This document shows, in pieces, positions 34,567-43,674 of a stretch of DNA of 64,000 bases. Every line of letters starts with the position of its first letter. The first letter of the stretch is position 1. Source of the DNA: an uncultured Desulfobacteraceae bacterium (GTDB lineage: Bacteria; Desulfobacterota; Desulfobacteria; Desulfobacterales; UBA11574); assembly GCA_964591175.1 (NCBI GenBank), contig CAZQAF010000003.1, forward strand, positions 8,514-72,513. Direction: 5' to 3'. The position numbers were made by a program, and so were the translations under genes. The notes under the pieces are model-generated. The model was not told where the DNA came from and did not search any database. It saw only the letters and a list, made by a program, of their open reading frames with translations.

Positions 34567-37500
34567 ATGATAACGTTTAAACTAAACGGGAAAAAAGTTC
34601 AGGGAGAAGAAGGGCAGTATATCCTTCAAGTTGCTGAAAAATACGGGGTTGAAATTCCGACGCTGTGTCATCATAAAGGACTCGAACCCGCCGGAATGTG
34701 CCGTCTATGCACTGTGGAGCTTTTTGACGGTCGCCGAACTCGCTTTGTAACCGCCTGCAACTATCCCATTTGGGAAGGCATGGCAGTCAAAACCGACACC
34801 GAAACGGTACACGAAGGTCGAAAGCTGAATGTTGAACTGTTGATGGCCCGCTGCCCGGATATTCCTGTCATAAAGACGCTTGCGGCTCAATACGGTATTG
34901 AAGAACCGCGTTTTAAGATTAAAGATGACACTTGCATCCTTTGCGGCCTTTGCACTCGAATCTGTCAAAGAATGGGCAACAGCGCCATCAGCCTCACCGG
35001 CCGAGGGGTGGAGATGAAGGTGGATACCCCGTTTCACATCCAGACGGAGGTCTGTATGGCTTGCGGCGCCTGCGCTTTTGTCTGTCCCACGGGGCACATT
35101 ACCCTTGATAAAATCAAAGAACATATTTCCACACAAACGGTTATAAAGATTCCCTCGGAATACGATGCCGGTCTCAAAGGCCGGAAACCGATCTATGTGC
35201 CGTATGCCCAGGCCGTTCCCAATACACCCGCCATCGACCGGACGAAATGCGTCCATTTCAAGACGGATGGATGCAAGATATGCGCTGATTTTTGTCCGGT
35301 CGGCGCCATTGATCATTCACAGCAAGATGAATTTGTCGAGTTTGACGTGGGATCCATTGTTCTGGCCCCCGGATTTGACACCTTTGATCCCAGCCGGTTT
35401 GACACCTATGCCTATGCCCAGTTGCCCAATGTGGTCACCTCGTTGGAATTTGAGCGGATTCTTTCCGCCACCGGTCCCTTTTCAGGTCACCTGATCAGAC
35501 CGTCCGACCACAAGGAACCCAAAAAAATCGGCTGGCTGCAATGTGTCGGTTCCAGGGACCTCAACCGTTGCGATAATGCCTACTGCTCATCGGTGTGCTG
35601 CATGTATGCCATTAAACAGACCGTCATCGCAACGGAACACAGCAAGGATCCCCTTGACTGTGCGGTTTTTTACATGGATATGCGCACCCACGGCAAAGAC
35701 TTTGATAAATATTATGATAATGCCGAAAAACAAGGGGTCAGATTCGTCCGGTCCCGAATTCACACCATTGACCCGGTTCCGGGAACAGATGATGTGTCGG
35801 TCCGGTATATCGAGGAAGACGGAACCGTCAAAGAGGAAATCTTCGATATGTTTGTTTTGTCCGTTGGCCTTGAAATTAATCAGGATATTGCGGACCTTTC
35901 CAAACGCATCGGCATCGATCTCGATGAATATCGCTTTACGAAAACCGACAGTTTTCATCCCGTAGGCACCTCTGTGGAAGGCATCTATGCCTGCGGTGTG
36001 TTCACCGGTCCAAAGGATATTCCCCAATCGGTGATGGAAGCCAGCGCTTCGGCTTGTGCGGCAACAGAACACTTGGCATCGGCGCGCAATACCCGTACCA
36101 AGATCCTCGAACTCCCCCCTGAAAGAGATGTCAGCGGCGAACCCCCTAAAATCGGCGTATTTGTATGCAATTGCGGGATTAACATCGGCGGCGTGGTAAA
36201 AGTGCCGGAGGTGGTTAAGTACGCCAAAACGTTGCCCAATGTGGTGTATGTCGAAGAAAATCTCTTTAGCTGCAGCCAGGATACCCAGGATAAAATGTCC
36301 GACATCATCAATCAACAGGGGCTCAACCGCGTGGTTGTGGCCGCCTGCACCCCTAAAACCCATGAACCGCTGTTCCAGGAGACCCTGATTAACGCGGGGC
36401 TCAACAAGTATCTTTTTGAAATGGCCAATATCCGAAATCATGACTCCTGGGTCCATGCCAATGATCCGGATGCTGCCACCGAAAAAGCCAAGGATCTCAT
36501 TCGAATGGCGGTTGCGAAAACCAATCTTTTAGCCCCTTTGAAACAGACCGATCTCCCGGTATCCCATTCGGCCCTGGTGATCGGCGGGGGAATTGCCGGA
36601 ATGACGGCCGCGGTTTCGTTGGCTCATCAAGGGTATCCGGTAGACCTTGTTGAAAAATCCGGCGCTTTGGGCGGAAATGCTTTAATGTTGAGAAAAACGT
36701 CCCAAAACGAAGATGTCGGGGCTTTTGTTGAAGAACTTATCCAAGCCGTTAAATCCGAAGACCGAATTACCCTCCACACCGGAACCACCATCGGCAACGT
36801 GGATGGCTTTGTCGGCAATTTCAAAACAGAGCTTCGCAACCAAGGGGCAACACAAATCATCGAACACGGCGTGACGGTGATCGCCACCGGCGCCAAAGAA
36901 TACAAACCCGTCGAATACCTTTATGGAAAACATGATGCCGTGATGACCCATCTGGAACTCGACGAACTTTTCAAAAAAAACGATCCCAGACTTGACCAAA
37001 CCGAAAATGTAGTGTTTATTCAGTGCGTGGGATCCAGAGACAAAGAGCGACCTTACTGTTCGAAAGTATGCTGTACACATAGCGTCAAAAGTGCTATTGA
37101 CTTTAAGAAAAAAAATCCGAATGTGAATGTTGCGATTCTTTACAGGGATATTCGGACGTATGGCAAAAAAGAAGATCTATATCGCGAGGCAAGAGAGGCC
37201 GGGGTGCTCTTTTTTTCGTATTCCGTCGATCAAAAACCTGAGGTGACGTCCGATGGCGATCAGGTTGTGGTTGAATTTACGGATCGGATCCTCAATCGAA
37301 AATTGGCCGTGAAGGCCGATATTCTTTGTTTGGCTTCAGCCATTGAATCCCATTGGGATCACTCGCTGGCTCAGCTTTTTAAGGTACCGCTGGACTCGGA
37401 TGGATGGCTTTTGGAAGCCCATCAGAAATTGCGGCCGGTGGATTTTGCCAATGACGGTATCTTTCTGTGCGGCATGGCGCATTACCCGAAGCCCATCGAA

Positions 37501-37809
37501 GAAAGTATCGCACAGGCCCAGGCAGCGGCGGCAAGAGCGACCACCGTTCTGGCGCTGGAGAACATTAAGGTGGGCGGTATTGTCACGGATATTCGGGCCG
37601 AGTTGTGTTCGGGCTGCCTGGGATGCATCAATGTCTGCCCCTATGGCGCCATCACCTTCAATAGTCAAAAATTTGTGGCCGAAGTTAATGCGGCCCTGTG
37701 TAAAGGGTGCGGTGCCTGTGCGGCGGTATGCCCGTCGGAGGCACCCGCACTCATGGGCTTTAACAACTATCAACTGTACGCCCAGATCAAGAGCGCATTG
37801 AGCGCTTGA
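34567..37809 (+). CDS. 1080-aa fusion of a NuoG-N-like [2Fe-2S]/[4Fe-4S] module, an N-terminally truncated HdrA unit, and a second complete HdrA-like FAD unit with a C-terminal ferredoxin
   Basis: The N-terminus has CHHKGLEPAGMCRLCTV (2Fe-2S), CILCGLCTRICQ and CMACGACAFVCPTG. The HdrA collinear block is PSEYDAGLKGRKPIYVPYAQAVP...CKICADFCPVGAI...VGSIVLAPGFD...GWLQCVGSRD...CSSVCCMYAIKQ...IGVFVCNCGINIGG. A second unit has ALVIGGGIAGMTAAVSLA...FIQCVGSRD...CSKVCCTHS...CSGCLGCINVCP...CKGCGACAAVCP. No GxGxxG occurs before about residue 645. Confidence 0.85.
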   Translation: MITFKLNGKKVQGEEGQYILQVAEKYGVEIPTLCHHKGLEPAGMCRLCTVELFDGRRTRFVTACNYPIWEGMAVKTDTETVHEGRKLNVELLMARCPDIPVIKTLAAQYGIEEPRFKIKDDTCILCGLCTRICQRMGNSAISLTGRGVEMKVDTPFHIQTEVCMACGACAFVCPTGHITLDKIKEHISTQTVIKIPSEYDAGLKGRKPIYVPYAQAVPNTPAIDRTKCVHFKTDGCKICADFCPVGAIDHSQQDEFVEFDVGSIVLAPGFDTFDPSRFDTYAYAQLPNVVTSLEFERILSATGPFSGHLIRPSDHKEPKKIGWLQCVGSRDLNRCDNAYCSSVCCMYAIKQTVIATEHSKDPLDCAVFYMDMRTHGKDFDKYYDNAEKQGVRFVRSRIHTIDPVPGTDDVSVRYIEEDGTVKEEIFDMFVLSVGLEINQDIADLSKRIGIDLDEYRFTKTDSFHPVGTSVEGIYACGVFTGPKDIPQSVMEASASACAATEHLASARNTRTKILELPPERDVSGEPPKIGVFVCNCGINIGGVVKVPEVVKYAKTLPNVVYVEENLFSCSQDTQDKMSDIINQQGLNRVVVAACTPKTHEPLFQETLINAGLNKYLFEMANIRNHDSWVHANDPDAATEKAKDLIRMAVAKTNLLAPLKQTDLPVSHSALVIGGGIAGMTAAVSLAHQGYPVDLVEKSGALGGNALMLRKTSQNEDVGAFVEELIQAVKSEDRITLHTGTTIGNVDGFVGNFKTELRNQGATQIIEHGVTVIATGAKEYKPVEYLYGKHDAVMTHLELDELFKKNDPRLDQTENVVFIQCVGSRDKERPYCSKVCCTHSVKSAIDFKKKNPNVNVAILYRDIRTYGKKEDLYREAREAGVLFFSYSVDQKPEVTSDGDQVVVEFTDRILNRKLAVKADILCLASAIESHWDHSLAQLFKVPLDSDGWLLEAHQKLRPVDFANDGIFLCGMAHYPKPIEESIAQAQAAAARATTVLALENIKVGGIVTDIRAELCSGCLGCINVCPYGAITFNSQKFVAEVNAALCKGCGACAAVCPSEAPALMGFNNYQLYAQIKSALSA

Positions 37810-37830
37810 TCCATTGAAAAGGAGAAAAAT

Positions 37831-38322
37831 GTGAACGAGGAGAGATTTGAGCCTAAAATCATCGCTTTTATGTGTAACTGGTGTGCATACGGGGCGGCCG
37901 ATCTGGCGGGTGTCAGTAGACTGGCATACCCCCCCAATATTCGTCCCATCCGGGTCATGTGCTCCGCCACGGTGTCGCCGCATCACATTCTAAGAGCGTT
38001 TCAAAGCGGCGCCGATGGCGTCCTCGTGGGCGGCTGACACGTCGGAGACTGCCATTACCTGTATGGTAATTATATGACGATCAAACGGATGACATTTCTG
38101 CAGGAACTTTTGTCCTTTATGGGACTGGAAGGACGGTTGCATTTGGACTGGATATCTTCGGCGGAAGCCCAAAAATTTGTGCAAGTCGTCACCAATTTTA
38201 CAAATAAAATAAAATCATTGGGCCCCAGCCCTCTGTCCGGCGACTTTGACATGTCCGCCGTTATGAATGCGTGCGGAGCATGCGAAGCGGTGCAGGATAC
38301 TGCGAGCGTGGAGGAAGGATGA
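37831..38322 (+). CDS. mvhD: MvhD (methyl-viologen-reducing hydrogenase delta subunit-like [2Fe-2S] protein) with Sec at 38035-38037
   Basis: [22 protein letters not shown]...[22 protein letters not shown]...[12 protein letters not shown]. It is collinear with methanogen MvhD, where GGCHxGDCHY has Cys at the UGA position. Track ORFs 37831-38037 and 38074-38322 are in the same frame. GTG start with a GGAG RBS. Confidence 0.85.
38054..38070 (+). other. Candidate SECIS hairpin after the mvhD UGA
   Basis: AUUACC-UGUAU-GGUAAU has a 6-bp stem, and the loop lies about 23 nt after the UGA. Confidence 0.3.
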
Positions 38323-38323
38323 T

Positions 38324-39121
38324 ATGCAGGAACAAATCAAACAGTGGCTTGAACAAGGTAACATCGATATTTTTTTAGGGTATAAGATGATTCAGGGTCA
38401 CCCGCTGCCCTATTGCTTCACCAAGGATAACCCGGATGATCTCAAGGATCTGATTGTCGGAAATGCCAGATATTCCCTTGAAAAAATGGCCACAAAAATC
38501 GCTGCTGAACATAAGGATCTGAAAATAGGACTTCTAACCCGGGATTGCAATCAACGGGCCTTGAATGTGCTTTATATCTGGAACCAGTTGAATCCGGAAA
38601 ACATTAAAACCATAGGGGTCAATTGCTGCCCGTCCAATCTCAAGGAACACGGCGATTGTTCCTATTTGGAACCGGAACTTATCCCGCCAATCAAGAAAAT
38701 GATCGGCATCGACAACAACATGCAAGTTAAAGCAGCCGAAGAATTCAACCAGGATGAAAGATTCAACCGGTGGATGTATGAATTTCAGAAATGCATCAAA
38801 TGTTACGGCTGTCGAGATATTTGTCCGGTTTGCTTTTGCAAGGAATGCAGTCTTGAACACACCGACCTGATCGCCACCGGCAGTATCCCGCCGGAGATTC
38901 CGATTTTTCATCTGGTTCGGGCAGTTCATATGGCGGGCCGGTGTATTGACTGCGGTCTGTGCGAGGATGCCTGCCCGGTTGATATTCCGTTACGGTTGCT
39001 CTATCGAAAGGTCAATGAAATCGTGACCGACATATTCGATTACACCACCGGAACCCGTGCGGACCAATCACCGTTTAATATGCTGGGAGAAGAGGTAACA
39101 CTGAAACCCAAGCCTATTTAA
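38324..39121 (+). CDS. Iron-sulfur electron-transfer protein with two CxxCxxCxxxCP clusters (HdrC/FrhB-like accessory subunit)
   Basis: CIKCYGCRDICPVCFC and CIDCGLCEDACPVDIP are present. The ATG at 38324 lies 1 nt after the mvhD stop. The track ORF start (38267) overlaps mvhD. Confidence 0.65.
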   Translation: MQEQIKQWLEQGNIDIFLGYKMIQGHPLPYCFTKDNPDDLKDLIVGNARYSLEKMATKIAAEHKDLKIGLLTRDCNQRALNVLYIWNQLNPENIKTIGVNCCPSNLKEHGDCSYLEPELIPPIKKMIGIDNNMQVKAAEEFNQDERFNRWMYEFQKCIKCYGCRDICPVCFCKECSLEHTDLIATGSIPPEIPIFHLVRAVHMAGRCIDCGLCEDACPVDIPLRLLYRKVNEIVTDIFDYTTGTRADQSPFNMLGEEVTLKPKPI

Positions 39122-39217
39122 TTACAAACGATGGAAGATGTGATGCCTTTGCTACCCTAACTGCGGGAAAGCATTAATATTCAAGGAAAATATTCCATAC
39201 AATAAGGAGCGATACGA

Positions 39218-41254
39218 ATGGATTTTAAGATCATTCCTTCAACATGTTCATATTGCGGCACGGGCTGCGGTGTCCTTTTTCAGGTGATGGACGGCCGTCT
39301 TGTCGATACCCTGCCGATGAAAACCCATCCGGTGAACCAGGGAAGACTTTGTATTAAGGGATGGAATCTCCACGAACATGTTATCAGCGACAAGCGTCTC
39401 AAATCGCCTTTGATCAAAAAGGACGGCGAATTGCAGGAAACCACATGGGACGAGGCCATAAAAACGACGGCCGACAGGCTCAAAGCCGTTATTAAAGATC
39501 ATGGGCCGGACAGCGTCGCCGTGCTGGCCTCTGCAAAAATTACCAACGAGGAGAATTATCTGGTCCAAAAATTTGCAAGGGCGGTGGTGGGAACCAATAA
39601 TGTGGATCACTGCGCCCGGCTCTGACATTCCTCTACCGTGGCAGGTCTTGCCGCAGCATTCGGAAGTGGGGCCATGACCAATTCCATCGCTGAAATTGAA
39701 GATTCGGCGAGTATTTTCATCATCGGTTCGAATACGTCCGCGTGTCATCCGCTCATTGCCCGGCGTGTCTTCAGGGCCAAGGAAAAAGGGGCCAAACTCA
39801 TCGTGGCCGACCCCAGAAATATTCAATTGGCTCGTTTCGCGGACGTTGCCGTCCAACAGAGGCTCGGCAGCGATGTGGCGTTATTAAACGGCATGATGCA
39901 TATTATATTAAAAAACGGCTGGCACGATAAAACCTACATCGAAAACAGAACCGAAGGGTTTGAGGATTTCAAGTCGGTGGTCGAGTTATATACACCGGAT
40001 AAGGTTGAAACCATCACAGGTGTGGCCCAAAGCGATCTTGAAAAAATGGCTGAACTTTACGCCGTCAACTCACCGGCGGCACTCCTCTATGCCATGGGGA
40101 TTACACAGCATACCACCGGCGTGGACAACGTCAAGTCATGCTGCAATCTGGCCATGCTCTGCGGCAATGTGGGCGTAAGAAGCGGCGGTGTGAACCCCTT
40201 GAGAGGCCAGAACAATGTTCAGGGCGCCTGCGACATGGGCGGCTTGCCCAATGTGTTTCCGGCTTATCAGCCGGTAACGGTCGAAGCCAACAATGAAAAA
40301 TTTTCCAAAGCATGGGGAAAACCGCTTCCTGCCGAAATCGGCTATACCATTACCGATATGATCCAGGCCATGAACGACGGGAAATTAAAGGCCCTCTATA
40401 TCGTCGGAGAGAATCCCAAACTGAGCGACCCCAACCAGAACCACCTGGAGGATGCCCTGGAAAAACTCGATCTTTTGATTTGCCAGGATATCTTTCTGTC
40501 TGAAACCGCCCAAAAAGCCGACGTGGTTCTTGCGGCGGTTTCTGTGGCGGAAAAGGAGGGGACCTTTACCAATACCGAGCGGCGCTGTATGAAAGTGAAC
40601 AAGGCCATCGATCCTTTGGGAAACACGCTCAACGACTGGGATATCATTTCAAGATTATCCACGGCCATGGGCTACGAGATGCACTATGGGAATCCCGAAG
40701 AGATTTTCAACGAAATGACCGCTCTGACACCGAGTTACGGCGGCATGACCTATGAAAGGCTCGGCCTTGACGGGCTTCAATGGCCCTGCCCCAACGCCGA
40801 GCACCCCGGAACGCCGTTTTTGCACAAAGATCAGTTTACCCGGGGAAAAGGTCTTTTCCATGCCATCGAATATCTCGACCCCGCGGAGATGCCGGATGAC
40901 GAATACCCCTATTGGCTCACTACCGGCAGGATGTTCGCGCATTACCATACCGGTACCATGACGCGCGTATCAAGACATTTGGATACCGAGCAAAAAACCG
41001 GATATGTGGAAATCAACCCCAAAGACGCCAAGGTGCTGGGGGTTAATGACGGCGATATCGTGCACCTTGCCACTCGCAGGGGCGAAACCAAAGTGCCGGC
41101 CAGGGTCAGCAAAGTGGTCGAACCCGGCGTGCTCTTCGTGCCGTTTCATTTTGCTGAAAGCCCGGCCAATATACTTACCAATTCTGCCTGTGATCCCATC
41201 GCCAAAATTCCGGAGTATAAGGTTTGTGCGGTAAAAATCGAGAAAGCCGCATAG
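39218..41254 (+). CDS. fdhA: Formate dehydrogenase catalytic subunit (Mo/W-bisPGD), cytoplasmic, selenocysteine at 39623-39625
   Basis: The N-terminal 4Fe-4S motif is CSYCGTGCG, with no twin-arginine signal. [28 protein letters not shown] is the classic FDH Sec site. Track ORFs 39218-39625 and 39638-41254 are in the same frame. Confidence 0.9.
39638..39654 (+). other. Candidate SECIS hairpin for the fdhA UGA
   Basis: GUGGCA-GGUCU-UGCCGC has a 6-bp stem including one G-U pair. The GGUCU apical loop resembles the E. coli fdhF SECIS loop and lies about 19-23 nt after the UGA. Confidence 0.55.
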
Positions 41255-41288
41255 CCGCCCGATTTCAGCAAACAGCTCATCAAAAAAC

Positions 41289-41328
41289 AAAGGCCTTTGA
41301 AAAATTTACTGTTTTTCAAAGGCCTTTT
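41289..41328. terminator. Bidirectional intrinsic terminator between fdhA and the convergent formyltransferase gene
   Basis: A perfect 16-bp stem, AAAGGCCTTTGAAAAA-tttactg-TTTTTCAAAGGCCTTT, is flanked by A-rich sequence on one side and T-rich sequence on the other. Confidence 0.75.
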
Positions 41329-41424
41329 CATTGAGTCCGGCACCGCCGCTGGCGGGTAGGCCTCTTTCCTATTTTCTCTATCCTGATTCTGACCTTAAGG
41401 TTTCGGTCATTTTAAATACAGACA

Positions 41425-42345
41425 CTACCCGTCAAATCTGTCCCCGGCTGTTAATCCCCTCTCGGCGGCAAATTCGGCCGCCGCCGCTTTTGGGCCCTTT
41501 ACGGGTCTAACCTTTCCCACAATCAGCCGGCCGCCGGACAGCGCCAGGTGAATCCCTTTATCATCTATATCCAGTATGGTTCCGGGCGCTTCATCTGCAG
41601 CGCTTTCAATGCGTTTGGCACCGTAAAAACGGATTTTTTCGCCTTTCAACACTGCAAAAGCACCGGGTTGCGGATCACATCCGCGAATCAGGTTGTAAAG
41701 CTCATCTGCCGGCTTTTTCCAATCGATGCCCGCCACCCGGTCATCGCAAGGCGGTTCATAGGTGGCCCCGGCTTCTTCCTGAACGATTTTGGGTGCATCT
41801 CCTGCCTTGATCAGATCGATGGATTCTAAAATCGCGTCAACTCCCATGGGAAAAAGATGGTTGAAATAGAGTGAACCGGTGGTGTCTTCCGGTCCGATAA
41901 CGATCTCTTTTTGAAGAAGAATGGGTCCGGTATCGATGCCCTCGTCCGGCCAGAAGATACTCAGTCCGGTTTTCCTGTCTCCCATAATAACGGCCCAGTT
42001 AATGCCGCTGGCGCCGCGATGACGCGGCAAGAGAGACGGATGATAACAGATGGTACCGTATGAGGGAACATCAAAAAAACGTGACGGAATAATCGTCGTA
42101 ACAAACGCCATAATGGTCAGATCGGGATTCAAGTTCCGGTATTCGGCAAAAGTCGCATCATCTTTGTACGTCCGGGGCTGAAATACGTCAATGTTTTTGG
42201 TGATCGCCGCTTCCTTGAGAGGATCGGGACGTCCACCCTCCCGGTCCGGCGGCGCATAAACCGCCGCGATGTTTTCGTTCCGCTCCTGCAGCCTTTCCAA
42301 GACCGTTGCACCGAACGCCGCCTGGCCGATCAGTATGATACGCAT
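41425..42345 (-). CDS. Formyltransferase-family protein (Fmt fold; closest by recollection to the N-terminal hydrolase domain of 10-formyl-THF dehydrogenase)
   Basis: MRIILIGQAAFG, YHPSLLPRHRGASGINWAVIMGDRKTGLSIFWPDEGIDTGPILLQKE, and a C-terminal Fmt-like beta-barrel domain. Confidence 0.7.
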   Translation of the reverse strand: MRIILIGQAAFGATVLERLQERNENIAAVYAPPDREGGRPDPLKEAAITKNIDVFQPRTYKDDATFAEYRNLNPDLTIMAFVTTIIPSRFFDVPSYGTICYHPSLLPRHRGASGINWAVIMGDRKTGLSIFWPDEGIDTGPILLQKEIVIGPEDTTGSLYFNHLFPMGVDAILESIDLIKAGDAPKIVQEEAGATYEPPCDDRVAGIDWKKPADELYNLIRGCDPQPGAFAVLKGEKIRFYGAKRIESAADEAPGTILDIDDKGIHLALSGGRLIVGKVRPVKGPKAAAAEFAAERGLTAGDRFDG

Positions 42346-42401
42346 GCTTCACCTCCTTTTTCTTTCAGGGTCACAGGTACAATGGATTTTACAACAATTT
42401 T

Positions 42402-43136
42402 TTAGATATACAAACGAATAATGTCAACTTTGAGTTGCCGTGTATTATTCTGACGGTCATCTTTACGGCATGATCTGCAGTACAGATATTTTTCGAAAAT
42501 ACGGTTTGTCTCGAGTGAGATTTGATCCAAAATCTCATTTATCTGCCGATTTTCAAGCCGAGTATTGCATCGAATACATCTTGAAAATGGTTTGATTCGA
42601 TCTTTGATGTCCAGATCATCCATCACGTGGTTGACCTGTGTCGTGGCGGTTCCGGAACATACCTGAAAGGCATGGGTGACGGATTCGGATTTGAGCAATT
42701 CTTTTTGCTTTGTGAGGATGATCCGGTTTTCCCTTCCGGAGATCTCGATGATATCCGGTATACTGCAATTCGCATTAAATGTCGTATCAAATCCCAGCAT
42801 CCGCATCCATTGAACCATGTCTCGCAAATCAACGCCTGCTATAAATCGAACCCGCCGAAGGGGAAATTTTCTCAGCATTGATACATTTTGGATATTTAGC
42901 TTCTCGAAAACGGGATAGACACTCACGCGATCGCCGTGCTTTAAAATATACTCAAAATCCACGGGCTGCCCATTGACCAGCACCAAATCGACTGTTGAGG
43001 GTGGAACGCCTAAATTTTCTATGGTCTCTTTTATCGATCTTTTTCCAATGAACTCGGTTTCGATATCGACCTTTTTCAGGTGCTGCGGCAGGAAATCATT
43101 TAATTCTTCATAAAAACGGAATGTTCCTTTTGCCAT
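42402..43136 (-). CDS. Mut7-C ubiquitin-like plus Mut7-C (PIN-like) RNase domain protein
   Basis: The N-terminus FRFYEELNDFLP...GDRVSVYP is ubiquitin-like. RFIAGVDL..WMRMLGFDT and RILTKQKELL form the RNase domain. RCIRCNTRL...YCRSC is a zinc ribbon. Confidence 0.7.
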   Translation of the reverse strand: MAKGTFRFYEELNDFLPQHLKKVDIETEFIGKRSIKETIENLGVPPSTVDLVLVNGQPVDFEYILKHGDRVSVYPVFEKLNIQNVSMLRKFPLRRVRFIAGVDLRDMVQWMRMLGFDTTFNANCSIPDIIEISGRENRIILTKQKELLKSESVTHAFQVCSGTATTQVNHVMDDLDIKDRIKPFSRCIRCNTRLENRQINEILDQISLETNRIFEKYLYCRSCRKDDRQNNTRQLKVDIIRLYI

Positions 43137-43141
43137 TTTTT

Positions 43142-43660
43142 TTACTTAAGCGCTGCTATAACGGCCTTCATAAAATTCGGAAGATCGTCGGGTTTGCGGC
43201 TGGTAATGAGATTGCCGTCCACGACCACGGATTCGTCCATCCACAGCGCGCCGGCATGAATCATATCGTCCTTTATGGAAAAAAATGAGGTGGCTTTTCG
43301 GCCGTCGAGTATATTGGCCGAAGCCAGCATCCAGCCCGCATGACAAATGGCGGCAACGACTTTCCCGGCATCGAACAGATCTTTAACGAGTTGAACCATG
43401 GCCGGATAACGGCGCATCATATCCGGGGCGTATCCCCCGGGAATAATGACACCGTCATAATCGTCGGCGGACACCTGATCCGCGTTGATGTTTGGCCGCA
43501 CCTGAGTGGCGGGTTTACCCGTAAATTCCTCGGCTCTGCCGGAGCCGACCACCGTCACCTCGGCGCCGGCTTCTTTCAGGCGATAGTACGGATACCAGAA
43601 TTCAAACACATTAAACATCTCTTCAACCAGTATAAGCATTTTTTTACCGTTAAGTTCCAT
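43142..43660 (-). CDS. DJ-1/PfpI-family protein (class I glutamine amidotransferase-like)
   Basis: KKMLILVEEMFNVFEFWYPYYRLKEAG, IIPGGYAP and AAICHAGWML (nucleophile elbow Cys-His). I prefer the start MELNGKK at 43660, which has a GGAGGA RBS. The longer track ORF overlaps pyk. Confidence 0.8.
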   Translation of the reverse strand: MELNGKKMLILVEEMFNVFEFWYPYYRLKEAGAEVTVVGSGRAEEFTGKPATQVRPNINADQVSADDYDGVIIPGGYAPDMMRRYPAMVQLVKDLFDAGKVVAAICHAGWMLASANILDGRKATSFFSIKDDMIHAGALWMDESVVVDGNLITSRKPDDLPNFMKAVIAALK

Positions 43661-43674
43661 ATTATCCTCCTTAT

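Noticed and set aside
38035-38037. In-frame TGA codons in mvhD (38035) and fdhA (39623) read as gene-disrupting stops, i.e. pseudogenes.
   Set aside because: Both fall exactly at positions where homologues have a catalytic or cluster-ligand Cys or Sec. The reading frame and conservation continue downstream, and hairpins follow. Selenocysteine read-through is the better explanation. For the hdrA fragment (31829) the same logic applies to the UGA, but the later TAA truncation at 32032-32034 is real.
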